Positions 1 to 14,002 of a stretch of DNA of 64,000 nt are shown piece after piece (positions within the stretch are counted from its first letter, which is position 1; each line of letters starts with the position of its first letter). Both the position numbers and the translations under genes were made by a program. The DNA lies in contig OX638153.1 of NCBI GenBank assembly GCA_951804945.1, positions 49,476,001-49,540,000 of the forward strand. The letters are read 5' to 3'. The DNA comes from Podarcis cretensis. Lineage: Eukaryota. The notes beneath the pieces were generated by a model that ran no database searches, was not told the DNA's origin, and saw only the letters and a list, made by a program, of their open reading frames with translations.

Positions 1-1000
1 TTTAATGATGAGGATTATTTTTATTTTTACCAGTGCTGGATTCTGCAAGCTACTTTGAGTACCTCTTTGGAGAAACTTAAATATGAAAAAAAACCAACTA
101 AGGAAAACTTTCACCTGAGCTTTCATTCACTAAGGCTTGCAAATTGTGCCTTCTTCTAATTGCCATGGGGGTCACCCATCTCTTTTTTAAAAAATTAATA
201 AGCGTGATCTTCACACCAAAAACATCAAGCTAATTGTAGCTCAATCATCTGACCACCATCATGCCACAATTATGTGAATTGTCCCTAAATCCAAGCAGGA
301 TCATGCCAGGTGTGAGCACCAATAAGCAAGGGAAGCAGGTGATAACTGATGTCCAAATTCTGGACTCAGAATCATAATCAGACACAAGAATTTAAACAGG
401 GAGAAGGGATGGGGACTAACCAGGCTGATGCTTGTAGGTGAACAAAAAGGAGAGAGACCAAGTACGTGTGCTTCCCACCTTCTCCTATTAAGAATCCAGG
501 TCCAAAGTTATAATAGAACTAGAACTCTCTTGCCAAGTGTGTATCAGTGCTCTACAACAAATATATCCTTATAAGATCTCATACCATTGACTTCAACTGG
601 ATAGAGCCCTGTCCTTTAGGTTCAAACCTACATAAAGTAGATGGAAGGATGGATTTGTCAGCATTTGAAATTTATGCAGTGGTGTACATTTAGAAGCTTA
701 CTGAACCACATGGTACAGAACACAGCAGTGCAGTGTAAATCACTCGGGAGCCTAAGAACCTTCCTGTACCTTTTAATTATTTCATTGCAAGTTTCTAGCC
801 TTCCAGGCTGCTGAGAAAAGACTGAATGCCTTCAGGAAATAACTGCTCAAGGCTCAGAAACTAATGAGTCAGGAGGACAGAACTTCTAAATGCAGCTCAT
901 TAGATATCCATTTTGTTACCTACCCCACGTTCTTTAATCTGCACCTCTGCTTCTTCAACAAGATCTCTGTGTAGTTTATAATTCCATTATCACTCTGTGG

Positions 1001-1131
1001 CAGGGATGGGAAACCTTTGGCCCTGCAGATGTTGTTAGACTCCATCTGCCATCAGTCCTAGACAGCATGGTCAATAGGCAGGGAAGATGAGTTTGTAGTA
1101 CAACATCTGGAGGGTCACAAGTTCCCTATCC
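1001..1131. mobile_element. Palindromic non-autonomous hAT-like MITE
   Basis: cagggatgggaaacctttggccctgcagatgttg ... caacatctggagggtcacaagttccctatcc form imperfect inverted arms; related copies at 61241, 62859 and 63881. Confidence 0.72.
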
Positions 1132-2099
1132 ATATGCTGAATGGCAGAAAGTGGGAAAGGAAGGGAAAGGAAGAGCAATTTCTTTTGAGAATCTTTGCTT
1201 TCATTTCTAGGGAAACAAGATTCTGTCCAGTCCTGAAGGCTAACGCGGGGTATGGAAATGTGGCCAATGCCCAGTGAAGGCTCTGGATGCAGAAGGGGTC
1301 TGAGATGGAACAAGACTGCTATGGCACAGGACTTTGGTGCCACATGCAATTCGCACCATACATAGCAGGACCAGAATGAAATACGATGAAATGTTGCAAG
1401 ACTGCACTCCCTAAGCTAATCAAGCACCCAAAAATTGAAATCAAGTTGATTTTCATCAAATTTTATTTTCTTGCATTTATTTCTCTCCTTTCTTCCATTG
1501 TGGAATCCAAGGTTCCCAGGAGGTATCCCAACCAAGCACTGTCCAGTCCCAGACCTCCTTAGCTTCACCAAGGTGGCAGCTTCATATGACTTCAGAAAAT
1601 AAAGGTTTGAATGTCACTTTTAACAGGCACAGGTGCCTTCTTTGGAGAGACACACCTGTTCCTCAAGACTGCAAAAATGAAAAAGTGAGAGGTCAAGAAG
1701 GGAAAACAAGTGATATAGTCCACCACAGTGGTAGACCCATTACTCATACTTTAGTGTTAGTGCATCATTCTGCCTTGATCACCCTCACTTTCAAGGCTTC
1801 TTCTAAAGAGGCCTGATAATTTGCTATTGCAAGGCTCTGATTTCTGTACATCTCTGGCCTTTTCTGTTTGCATTTTGAAGGTGGTGATTTCTAGCAATTG
1901 CTGCTATGATTTCTCATTCATATTCCTGGGAGGAAATCCTGAGCTGTTCTTCTCAGAATTGTTCTGACTCCTCCCTTTCTATCCTAATGAGCACAATACA
2001 GTTATACAACTGCATGCAGCAAGTATGGAAACAATGAAACCCATATGTGCAATTTGTTCATGAATTTGGCCTTTAATTCAAAGAAGCCTGCTGAGAAGC

Positions 2100-2103
2100 A
2101 GAG

Positions 2104-2180
<77 letters not shown>
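2100..2180. repeat. (GAAA)n(GA)n microsatellite
   Basis: Read directly. Confidence 0.95.
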
Positions 2181-2183
<3 letters not shown>

Positions 2184-2539
2184 CCTTGGAGGGAAAATAT
2201 AAAAGCAATGACCATGAGCATTTCTCAAAGCAAGCTACCCATATAGCAAATGAAAGAGTAAGATGGCCTTGATTTTCTATCACTTGGCATGTATGTTATT
2301 ATTTATTAAATTTACATCCCACCTTTACTCCAAAGGAACTCTCATCTTGTCTCATCTCTTCACACTCTTTCGCTCATAGCCCTTTTCCCCCTACTGACTG
2401 ACCCAATGTTGTTGTTAAGGTCCAGCAGGAATTTTTCCTCTCCCTGCAATCCATCTTGTGTTGCTCAGCTGACGGGAACAGCTGATCATGACTGAGTGGG
2501 GCTGCACTGCAGGGAAAAGGTGCCTTCGGAGAAATTGTG

Positions 2540-2546
<7 letters not shown>

Positions 2547-2583
<37 letters not shown>
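2547..2583. repeat. (AAT)n microsatellite
   Basis: Read directly. Confidence 0.95.
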
Positions 2584-2906
2584 TCATTATCTGGAGCCCT
2601 TCCCTGCCTTTTTGCTGCTCAGCTAGGCAGTGGTAGCGTATGTTGTGGGTCATGTAAGATAAGGCAGTGATCCAGAAACAGCGGAGGGGGCACAGACTGC
2701 ACACTTCTAGAGAGTGACACAGCAGAAAAGTGCAGAGGTTGCCTCAACTCGAACTCATGTACAGCTCCAAATTTAAAGCTTGATAAATGGAGTTGACTGA
2801 TCAGGAGGGGTGTCACTTCCCAACACAAAAACGGAATTTCTGTTCAAGTTAACAAGCCGGCTATCGCATGCTGGCAACTCAGACTAACAAACAGTCAGTT
2901 CTTGCC

Positions 2907-3192
2907 GTTTGAATCCCCATGACGGGGTGAGCTCCCATTGCTCGGTCCCAGCTCCTACCAACCTAGCAGTTCGAAAGCATGAAGTGCAAGTAGATAAACA
3001 GGTACCGCTCCAGCGGGAAGGTAAACGGCATTTCTGTGCGCTGCTCTGGTTCACCAGAAGTGGCTCAGTCATGCTGGCCACATGACCCGGAAGCTGTACG
3101 CCGGCTCCCTTGGCCAGTAAAGTGAGATGAGCGCCACAACCCCAGAGTCATCCACAACTGGACCTAATGGTCAGGGGTCTCTTTACCTTTAC
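2907..3192 (+). mobile_element. Sauria SINE, 5'-truncated
   Basis: gaatcccc...ggggtgagctccc...cctagcagttcgaaagca...gacctaatggtcagggg and an ACCTTT tail; homologous to four other copies in the window. Confidence 0.9.
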
Positions 3193-4729
3193 GTTGTCGT
3201 TGCTTGGTGCAACGCAGTCCACTAAAAGCCCTGCCCTGTCAGGTGGGATGTTCACTAAGAGGTTCCATTGATCCAAAATAGCAAGTAGCATCCCTCAAAT
3301 GTTCCAATGCCCTTTTCAAGTCACATAAGCTAGTGACTGTCTCCACATCCTATGGCATAAAATGGCAGAAGGGGTTTATGTGTTGTGCAAAAAATACCAC
3401 CTCTCTCCCTTGTATGCTCTGGAACCTACTTCTGATCAATTCCGCTGGGTTCCAAGTTCCAGTTGTTAGCGACAGAAGGCAAAGAGACTACATCATCATC
3501 CAACCTGCATTTTTCCTCCATTTTCCTGCATTTTTTTTGTTATCACATGCCAGGTGATAACAATCCAATATAATGCCTGATTGATGAACAGGTGCATGGG
3601 AGCTACATGCATGTTATGCTTACAGCCATATGTTGCTGTTGTTCGGGTGCAAGGGCTCAACAGTTCTGCAGTAGCCTCTTCCAACTGAGTCCCATGCCTT
3701 TTCCCTTCTCCATTCCTTCCCTGCACCATCCCCTTTCTCTGCATAGTATAATCAGGTTTGAAGGAAGACTATTTGTTCAGGATTCATCAAAACCTCATTA
3801 TCAGACTTTCAACCTGTTCAAACAATGAATCAGTGGCAGTCCATTTGGAGATGGTTCTATGGAGCTGCAGAGCTGCTCTCCTCCTTTCTCCCGGCCCCAC
3901 CTCTTATTTTGGCAAAGGCCCCATGTATTGCCGAAGCCCATCTGAAATGAAAGACACCTCCCCTCCCTCATCTTCACCCTGTTTCAATAAATCAATCCCA
4001 AATCAACGTCTCCTCCTAAGCCTCGGAGACTGACTGGGGTTTAGCCTGTGAGCTTTTCCCTCCAGACAACAATTATGGGGAGAAACATCTGAATAAACAC
4101 AGGATCATTTACTTAAAGAATTGACAGACCTTCCACTTGAACTGCTTTAAATTATTTGACGCCGCTTTTTGTGTTGTTGGGGGGGTTTTCCCCCTCCATA
4201 GAAACATATAATTACAGTCATTTACCAAACTGGAGCAGGAATGGCTGTAAGGGGGGAGGAAGGAAAAGAAGCTTCAGTAGACAGACACACAGGCATTGAC
4301 ACAGACATGTACAAGCACATATGCACAGCATAGTTTTCTGGCGCTCTGTCCAAATAGCCACCCAACACTTCTATAATGCTGCCTTTCTTTGCTCTGGCGT
4401 TTCTTGGGCTCCTGTGGAATAAATGTGGCCACCTCTTAGATTTGCCTTGATTTTGCTTTGTGGAAGGTGCAGCATTTTCCATTAAAAACTGCATAGGAAA
4501 ATAGCAATTTCCCACCCTCCAATAATTCCATTGCCTCTAAAGGTGATCAACAGAACATCATTGGGTGGGTGGGAGATATGTAAGTGTCCTTTTGTAGAAA
4601 ACAAGTTGTATATGCTGTCTTGGTCCTGCAGCCCACCACCACCACAATGGACCCCCTCGCTTTCCAACATCATTCCATTGGTTTGAAATTCTGATTAGCC
4701 AGATTAGGGATGGGATTGCAAATTCAAGG

Positions 4730-5167
4730 TAGGGATGGGGAGAAATTTGATTCAGTTCGTGCTTAAAGGCAAACTTACGGTACCTAATACACCCTTTCCG
4801 AAACAAGATTCAAACTAAACCACAGCTGTCCTTTGAAATTCACACATCTGTGAATTTTGCAGTGCAGCTCTCCAACCAAGTAATGTGTACATAATTGCAT
4901 ATAGCTAAAATAAAATGTGAACTTAACACATATATGAGTGAAGTATACAAAAAAAATACATTATATTAGACAGGAAAGCTTTGCAAAACAAATGTGTCTA
5001 TGGGTGCAAACCTGCATGCCGAAATGTTCATATTAGGATAAATTTGCACTCAAATGATGATGAGCTTTCATAAGATTTTGTTTAATTGCAATTTTGATGT
5101 AGAAATGAAGAAAGTGGAAAAATTAGAAACTGAGAGAAACCAAAACTGACATAGTTACACATCCCTA
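4730..5167. mobile_element. Non-autonomous DNA-transposon relic with TAGGGATG/CATCCCTA termini
   Basis: Perfect 8-bp terminal inverted repeat (4730-4737 / 5160-5167) around an AT-rich interior; no clear TSD. Confidence 0.5.
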
Positions 5168-5491
5168 ATTGGGAAGAACCTACAGCTGCAATCCTCAACA
5201 CACCTACAAGTCATTACACTCAAACAAATGATTTACTCCTGAACACACATCCTTAAGAGACAGTGGCTAGAGGGGAAAGGAGACCATGTGTGACCCTGAT
5301 TTTAAAGGGAAGGTAACTCAGCAACAAAAAGGAAAGTTAAGGCCACAGGCCTAAAAAAGTATATTGAAAGCATACCGCTTGAATTCAGTGGGACTTACTT
5401 CTGAGCCGGCATGCATAGGATATCACTGTAAACTCAGCTGGTGGCTTGATTGAGTTGGTTTAAAATGGTTTGTTCCATGGCTCTCACCAGT

Positions 5492-6565
5492 AGAAGCGAT
5501 AGCAGTCGGGGGAAAAGAACATGGAAGAGGACTGGGTAACATACAGGAAGTTCTTAACAGGGGTGGAAGGGGAGGTTAAACTAAAGAAGTTTGAAGAAAT
5601 AAGTGGAATATTAACAAGTTGGCTACAATATCACCAACTAAATGAGATATTCAAGATTGATAAGAAAAATTGTTTTACAACTCAAACCTCTCAATTAGAA
5701 AAAGACCTGCTAAAGGTAATGTCTAAAATGTATTATCATTAGAATGGCAAACAAAGGATTAAATAGTCAAATCATCAATGATACATTGCACAATAGATAT
5801 AGGTCATAATATTGATATGACAGTGTGGGAAAGACTCTGGAATGGAGATTGAAAATCTACAGTGTGCTATGCATTAAAAGACAATTATATGAAGATGAGA
5901 TATAGATGGTACTTAACACCAAGTATGTTGGCTAAAATGTATAAGTCTGAATCCAATATTAGATACCTTTTTCATATGTGGTGGTCCTGTAAGATTGCAA
6001 CAGCTTCCTGGGAAATGATCCATAATGAATTGAAAAAAAATATTGAAAATAACCTTTGTTTAAAAAAAACCCAGAAGCTTTTCTTCTAGGTATACTCAGA
6101 GAAGAGGTGCTGAAAGACCAGAAAAAACTATGTACGCAACTACAACTGCCTGAATGATATATGCCCAGAACTGGACCCAAATAGAGACAATAGGCAATTA
6201 AAACTGATGGAATACACAGAAATGGGGAGACTTACCAGAAGATTAAGAGAACAAGATGACAGACTTTTTGTAACAGAATGGGGAAAATTTATTGAAGATG
6301 TGAAAACAAATTGTAAACAATTAAAAACGTTAGCAGGATTGATGTAAACATGAACAGTAAGAAATTTAAAGAAATTATACTTGATAAATTTGTAAAAAGG
6401 ATAATTTTTGATATGCAGTAAGAAAATGATAGAAAAATAAGAAACCATAGAAAGGGAGGGAGGGAAGTTGCAGAAAATAATACTTGATTTGAGTATATTT
6501 ATATCCATTGCTGAATGCAGTAAAATGGAAAAACGGAAAATATAATATTTTAAAAAATAAATAAA
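5492..6565 (+). mobile_element. L1-clade LINE, 5'-truncated (ORF2 C-terminus, 3' UTR, A-rich tail)
   Basis: Frame-broken peptides ...WLQYHQL..., ...MRYRWYLTPSMLAKMYK...FHMWWSC... typical of non-mammalian L1 ORF2 ends. A-rich + strand, tail aaaaaataaataaataaaa, degenerate flanking direct repeat. Confidence 0.8.
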
Positions 6566-7484
6566 TAAAATTGCTTGTTCCAGCTTCCACCAGTCACATT
6601 CTTCTCAATAAGACCAACATATAGCATATAACCTTAAAGACTAACAGTCATTCTAACCAAGTCCTATTGAACTCATTGGGGCTTGCTCCCAGGTAAGAAG
6701 GGTGTCTGAATCAGTTAGGCGAAGTTAGCTAAGTGAAAGAAGGTCAACGATGATTTGGAATTTCCAAGGTCAGGTTCTGTGGTTGGGAGTTTGTTGGTAC
6801 CTTTGAGCAAGGCAACCCTGAAGCTCCTAAGCAGAAAGAGAGAGAGAGACCTTCCAAACAAGCTTTGATCACCACTGAGCTTGTCACTTATGATCCATAT
6901 AGCTAAGCCATTGTCCCAGAAGTCTCCCAAGTTTGCCTCTGCTTTGCAAAGCCCAAGCACACACAAAGCCCTGCAAGAAGATAATTTCTGCTGCATCTTC
7001 ATTGGAGTCATTCCTTTCCACCTGGATCTTAATCCTAGCCCAGCAGAAATTACTCCAGTGTTAACTTAGTAGTAGTAGCGGCAGTTTTCTAGAAATGGTA
7101 ATTACAGTGTATAGAATGCCAGCTTTGTACAGAACACAGGTAATACTATCTGCATTGGGCACGTTTACAATCTAGGTCAGCTGAATACAAGTGAGTATCG
7201 CTCACCAGCACCTACACAGCTGTTGCTTTTTAACCACCTTCTCCCACAAACCATGTGCTCCAGATTATGAGTGATTCATGGTGGATTTCAGTGGATTTTC
7301 AGTAACAGCATTTTTTGAATGTGTGGATTGGATTGAAGACTTCAGCAGTCCTAGCTGCCTCTTGGAGTGGAAGCTGGGAATCAGCAAGTGGAAATAGTTG
7401 TGGACCAACTGATCATACAGGTGAGAGGCCAAATCCTCCCCTATTTTTCTTCAGGTTATTCCTCATCCACCTCCAATGGCACTT

Positions 7485-7606
7485 CACATCATACATTTAA
7501 TGCACATCCCCCTACCCCAAAGAACTATGAAAACTGGGTGCTGGGATGGGTAAACTACAGTTCCCATGATTCTTGGGTGTGGTATGTGATTTAAATGTAT
7601 GATGTG
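7485..7606. mobile_element. MITE with 16-bp perfect inverted arms
   Basis: CACATCATACATTTAA (7485-7500) / TTAAATGTATGATGTG (7591-7606). A related copy at ~56640-56775 shares aaactacag and tttaaatgtatg. Confidence 0.7.
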
Positions 7607-9405
7607 TGGACAGCCTTTGTCTTTTCAATATCCTAACTCTGAACAACTTTTGGATTTTCCCATAAAACTGAAGACAGGATTTTTTCCCCCATTCTTCAGT
7701 TTTATGGGAAAGTCCCAAGCATCTTTATGCATTTAAGAATGAATGGGCAGAACTTACTTCCAGCAAAAGGTCAATGAGACTGGGAGGCTAAAAGGTTGGG
7801 TTTTGCTTCTATGGGGCCTCTTTCTATGCCTCTGTGATAGTCCTGAGGAGGACACGATCCTCTCTACCATCACCAGAGTGTCAAAAAATGCTGACGTCTT
7901 CTAATAAATCAAGGACTGGACCATATATTTTCCCAATCAGAAGGTCAGCAGTATTGAATGTTGTTGCTCCCTTGACTTGAAGGAGATGCCTCCTAAAATA
8001 GCTATGCTATACTCAAAATGCCCCCAAGGTCATTAGGATCCATGTAAGAGAGGAATTTGGAGGGTGAGGAAGGACTGGGAGAGCCCCCACCCAAAAACAT
8101 TTCCAAATCAAAGGAGCAGGGACCAATCACCAAGAAGTGGTGGGGCATCTCAGTCTCCTCCTCCCTCGCGTCACATGCCTATGTTCTGCTGCTACCTGTT
8201 TGTCAAAGGCAGCGGTTCTTTAGGACTCAGATAGTCAATGAAGACCACCAGTGTTTCTCTTTAACAGGTTTTATTTACAAGATGAGGAGAGTAAAGAGCA
8301 AAGCAAGAGCAAACAGACAGATCATCTTATGGTCTCCTCTGCTAGTGAAGAACCCCTTCCCTTTGGGGAAAAGACAATGAGTCAAATGCCTCACAGGCAG
8401 TTGGTGCAGCACCCAGTGGTGATAGCAAGGTCTGCATTGAGACTCCCAGTGGCCCAGGTAGGCTTCAGCCTTATATACTCTCCGGAAATGCTGGTGACAC
8501 TTGATCATCTGTGTTTGAGTTCACATCCCCATGACCTGTCAATGTTTACATGTGGCAAGAAGCCAACTCCAAAGAGTTGTGATGTCCTAGATATCCCCAT
8601 GCTACTTTACATGGTGCTGAGTCAGTGACATAGATCTCAGGTGGAGATGCATGGCCTCATATCTCCCACTCCATCAGTCAGCTGGCTTTCTATACTAAGT
8701 GCTGATTCCAGTAAACTGTGGTTAATTGTTACAGAGCTCTAATCTATGAAACTGCAATGGTCTAACTACAGGCAAGTGCCAATTCCAGGCCTGGGCCTGG
8801 GCCCCACTGACTGCATCCAATGGGGAAGTTATCTAGCACCACTCCTAAGTCCTCATAATACAAAGATCTTCTGGATATGTCCCAAGACAACCTCCATGTA
8901 TGGAACTGGATAGGAGCATGCCTCTTGCTTGGTACTGCACACACTCACCTGCCTGATGTTGCTCCCAGGCGCTTCAGGAACAGGTCAGCTCCATCCACAT
9001 TTAAACTGCAGTGGCTTTGTAGGCAACAACAGGCTATCTAATCTGAAGTTGTTAAGTCCAGCCCACTTCCCTAAAATTGAAGGAGGTGGACCATTTGCAT
9101 CCCACAATCAACAGAATAGCATCATATTGAGACTCCCAATGATATGCGCCAGAGACTTTGACAGTACAATCCTATGCATTTCTACTCCAAAGCAAAACTC
9201 AAATGAATTTATTCCCAGGGAAGTGTATATAGGATTGCAGCCTAAAGTTACTTTGCCCCCCAGAGGCATAAAAGAAGGAATACTGTCATTCAATTTATGC
9301 AAATTCCAATGGAGGGGTTGGCTGGAGTCAGAGTGCAATCCCAGGAGAAGCTTATAAATGTGCTTAACACATCAAGTGCTTAACACACCAAGAAGGCAAT
9401 TCTAC

Positions 9406-9811
9406 AATAAATAATAATAATTTATTATTTGTACCCCACCCATCTGGCTGGGCTTCCTCAGCCACTCTGGGAAGTTTCCAACAAAGATTAAAAATACATT
9501 AAAATGTCACACATTAAAAACTTCCCTAAACAGGGCTGCCTTCAGATGTTTTCTAAATGTAAGGTAATTGTTTATCTCTTTGACATCTTGTGGGGCATTC
9601 CACAGGGTGGGCGCCACTACCAAGAAGGCCCTCTGCCTGGTTCCCTGTAGCTTTGCTTCTCTCAGTGAGGGAACCGCCAGAAGGCCCTCAGTGCTGGACC
9701 TCAGTGTCCGGGCAGAATGATGGGGGAGGAGACACTCCTACAGGTATACTGTGTCAAAGCCATTTAGGGCTTTAAAGGGTAGCACCAACACTTTGAATTG
9801 TGTTCGGAAAC
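9406..9811 (-). mobile_element. L2-clade LINE 3' fragment
   Basis: Minus strand gives FRTQFKVLVLPFKALNG... and a decayed AFxVVAPTLWNA-type segment, followed by a 3' UTR with an (ATT)n tail. Shares its 3' end with 62127-62252. Confidence 0.8.
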
Positions 9812-12725
9812 CCCAGGTGTGAGTCTCACAGAGTTCAACTGCTGCGTTCAAGTTGTCATTCTGAACACCCTTAAAGCACAATCTTTATTAACAAGTCCCA
9901 CTAAATTCAGTAAACTTATGTGGCTTACTCACAAGTAAGTCTGCTTGGGCTTCAATAGAATTAACCCTCACTGAAATCCACTGAGTAAAAACAAGAATAT
10001 TTTTATTTATTTTTTATTTTTTAATTTGCAAGCCTGTTGGGATGCAGGTTCAGTAGGACTATAATTTAGGATTGGAAAAATCTAAATCCACTGCACGTTT
10101 ACGTGGAAATAACCTCTATTGTGTTCAATGGGGTTTATTTCCAAGAAACTGTGGCTGAGACTGCAACCTCGTGCTACACCTGACACAGTGAACTTTCGGA
10201 GTCAGTAAACATACAGTTGGATGGGACTATACATTTGGTTGTGGGCTCCCACTTCACTTGAATCCCACCGACCTTAAGACCTCCAGCACTTTATTCTCTG
10301 CAGTACATATTCGGATTCTGTTTTTCCCATACCATAACAGAGTATTTCTTCCAGACGCTTGGAACCAGCAGCTGGTTTGGGGCCTCTTGACGTTCATCAG
10401 CAAGGGTAAATATTGTGGCTCTTGGCGGACGAGGAAGGGGTGGAGAGTTCAGGTTTAAAAAAAATAATAGAGGCACAAACCTCACTTCTTCTCCCTCCCC
10501 CAGCACCACACACCATTCTTCTGCGCACACTTAATTTAGGAAAAAGCACAACACATTAAACGCAGTGGGACTTACTTCCACGTAAACGTGCATAAGATTG
10601 GGCTGCAAGAGGGAGCTGAGAAAGCAGGATCCCAAAGCTTAAATGTTTTTTTTTTTTAATAAAAAAAATCCAACGGAGTTTTGTTTTCCCTCCCACTGGA
10701 TACGACCAAAACAACCTTTCTGAGAGAGGTTTACGGTTTGGGTTGAATTTCGCCCGCAAGAGTAAGGAACACCAACCTGCCAAGTAAAATAACAGCGATT
10801 AGCGAGATTATGAATGGAACTCGCCGGGGAGTTTTATCTGGGAATCTCTCTCTCTTTGGAGTCCTCGAGACTGCTGTGTCTTCTCTGGCTCTAGTACCTA
10901 CTGCGATCAAATGCTAGAATAATAAGCAGAACGCTCTCCTTTCCCTCTTTCCCCTCATTCTCGAGGAAGAAAGTCAAGCCCTGTGGTTTTGCTTTCTAAA
11001 CAGAGCCCCCTCCCCTGAAAAGTTTGCTCAAATAATGAGCGAGCTAGATGAATGAGATCCAGATTCCCAGGACCGTCTGGAAATGCCCTGCCGCCTTCTT
11101 TTGGTGAGCCAAGCAAGCTCAGGCCACGGGCCCGCGGACAGCTCTCCCCTTCCGGGACACGGCTTCACCTCTCCAAACCCACCTCCTCCTGCGCTCAAGC
11201 CAGGTGCGCAACCGGATCTTTACCCGAAAGCGAGTCTGAAAACCCGACGACCCGCCACCAGGACTCACTCGTGAGGAAGTCCTATTGAGTGAAGCGGAAC
11301 CTACTTCCGTGGAAGCGTGCGTAGGATCCGGCTCTGCGCCTTTAGTTCATTTCCACGGGGTTTCCTTCCGATGAAGTGCGCTTAGGGCTTCGTCTCCACA
11401 GCACATTTACGCGCGCGGAAACGTCGTTCCCACGGCCACACACGGGAATCGAAGGGAGGTGGGCGGCACTGCTTACTTGGGTGTAAGCCCCATTAAAACC
11501 CACCGAACTTGCCGCTGCAGTATTTGACGAGGCTGCCGGACTTGGACCAGTTACTATGACTGATCTCCTGCAGCTCCCCCTCAACTGTAGTCATATCTAG
11601 GATTTTCTCTTTTGTCCCCTCCGCCATCCCCCCCTTTTTTTCTTATTATCCATACAGTGAAGAACCGGAAAGCTTGCTTGCTATTTTGCAAGGCTTTCGT
11701 TTATCCTAATAAAGGTATTCCTTTACTGATGCTTGGGGGAGGGGGTCTTTCCTCTCCTCTACCATCTTCTTTTTTAAAAGGCCCCATATTTTAAAAAAGT
11801 CTTTCATCTCTACATTCCTCAGCATTCACGTGAACTAGGGGGAGGTAGACTATTTAGAGCAAAAGTACAAAAGTGAGAGGGGAGGAGACCGTGTTGGAGA
11901 AAAAAATGTTAAGATTTCCCCCCCGTTTTCCTTTCAACGTCTTTCCTTGCTCCTATGCAATTATCTCCGTTATATGGGACCTTATTCTGGTCTCTTGTTT
12001 CCCACCCCGTATGCTTGGCAGAACTTTCCAACGCAACTTCTTCCTGTCTTTTGGTGCGAATTGCTCCTGAATATTTCTTCCATAATTAAGATCAGAGCAG
12101 ATTACGATCTCTCGGCATGGAAATCTTTAAAAAAATAAGTTTCTTCAGTGCAACCTCGTCGCCTTCAACTCAGCCTTCTTTTAAACTTGTTGCCACCCTT
12201 TGCACATTTTCCCTATGTTAAACCAGGCTTGACCCTAAGGGCAACTACTCCAGAGTAAATGCATTCAAGGTTCTGGTATGTTAGAAAAACCCCTCCCCTC
12301 CCCCACCATGTGGTTTGAGGAACATACACCGATTTGCTAGGAAGTTTGAGATCTACGTGGAGAAACGCGTCGAAAGGATGTGAGAATCGCCACTGAATGA
12401 GGTTTTCGAGCGCCAGGTCTGTGCCTGCGCTCATTTGATAAGCAGGAATTGAAAACCTTTGGTTCAGGGGTGGGGCGAGTGGCACGGGCTTCCTTTACAG
12501 GCCAATGACTAATTTAAAGCACATTAAAGGTCATCAATGAAAACCAACAAACGGCAAGAAATTCAAGAGTTAGGAGCGAAACATTTCTCTTCTCCTGCCT
12601 TATTTACATGGGTCCTGGCCCAGGAACCCTACAACAAAATATTTTGCGGATAGAAAATTTCATGGGATACGATGCAGCCTAAGTGAAATGCCATGGGGTG
12701 GGCTGGGGAATGAAAGGCAAGTTTA

Positions 12726-12814
12726 GGCTGCAATCCTCCGCTCACTTACCTGGGAATAAACCCCACTGAACTAAGAGCGGCTTAAGTTCTCAGGAAGCAT
12801 TATAGGATTGCGCC
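12726..12814. repeat. Representative of a ~80-bp palindromic dispersed repeat (GCAATCCT...AGGATTGC)
   Basis: Inverted repeat at 12730-12737 / 12804-12811. Relatives at ~5185, 5380, 6655, 9167-9237, 10085, 10561, 11261, 17893, 21609, 24646 and 25697. Confidence 0.65.
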
Positions 12815-14002
12815 ACTATTCTCTCCGGGTATAATCGAATGGATCCCGACCGGTTTCATTGTGGCTGGATCGAGCCCATTGGGTCCACCGGGAATGAGCA
12901 GAGGCAGCCTGCTCACACGCCCCATAAGTGGCAGCTTGGGTCAGCCTCTCAAAGCATTTGCTGTGGGTCAGCCCCCCCCCCCCCCAAAAAAAAAAAACTA
13001 GAACGGCTCTTTTGCGTTCCCAGCTCCCCGTGTTAATGAACGATTGATCTGAATTAATGTTGCTGGCTTAAAAAATGTGGGGTAGGCAAGTTCCGCAGAA
13101 CTAAAAACAGCCAAGACGTGGCCACCTTCCCTTCTCTCCCACCACGACTTCAAGTTGAATTTCCAAAACCTTTCTCCTTCGCTCCGCTGCATCTTCGACG
13201 AAGAAAGCAGAACTCCGAAAAAGAAAGGCATTCACAAACGACCCAAAGAGAGAAAAGAACCAGTCTGGAATGCCCACTTTCCCCCAAAACTTTGCAAGCT
13301 AGTGGATCGGCAGTTGCTCAAAGTCCCACACCCCAGACCCACCCCCCTCGCCCTTGTGGGCCGTAGGATGGCCCTTAAGGCGCCCCTCAGCGGCCGGCGG
13401 ACGTTGAGAGGCTCCTTTTAGTCCTCCTCCCCATTTCAAAGAAGCTTCGCTGATCTTTCATTGTCCTGGTGGAAAGGAGAAGAAAAGAAACATACGCACA
13501 ACATTCCGACGGGGAGGGGGCGCCTGGTACCTCCAGCCTTTGATGTTGATTAAGGCTTTTTGCAAGGAAATAAATAACAGTTCAGGGTGGGACGGGCGGA
13601 CCGGACTGAGAAACCTGGAAGATGTTTGAGCCTTAAAGCGCACCGACCACGTGCAAAATTCTCTTTCTCAGAGCCAAGTAACATAAATGAGAAGCTCCTG
13701 GACGGCTAAGCCTGACCGTCTGGAAGACTCTCACTTTCTCTCCTAAATTAGAGATGGGAGAAGCAGAGCGACGGGGTGGCCGGTACCTTTCCGGTAGAAT
13801 TTCCTGCTAGGCTAGTGGTAACAAACCAGCGAATAACTTTTTTCCCCTCTTTAAAGCCCCAAAGGAGGACATGATATGAATGTCTAATAACCCCAACAGA
13901 AAATTCCCTATCTCATTTGATATTTGGTGCTAGGCAGAAGCTAGCCTTCGTAAATAATATACAAAGTAAGAAACCTAATCCAGCCGGCTAGAATGTTTAA
14001 TT

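Noticed and set aside
8040-8550. Possible minus-strand solo LTR (TATATAA ~8471-8477, AATAAA ~8270-8275)
   Set aside because: No convincing termini or TSD and no second copy to compare.
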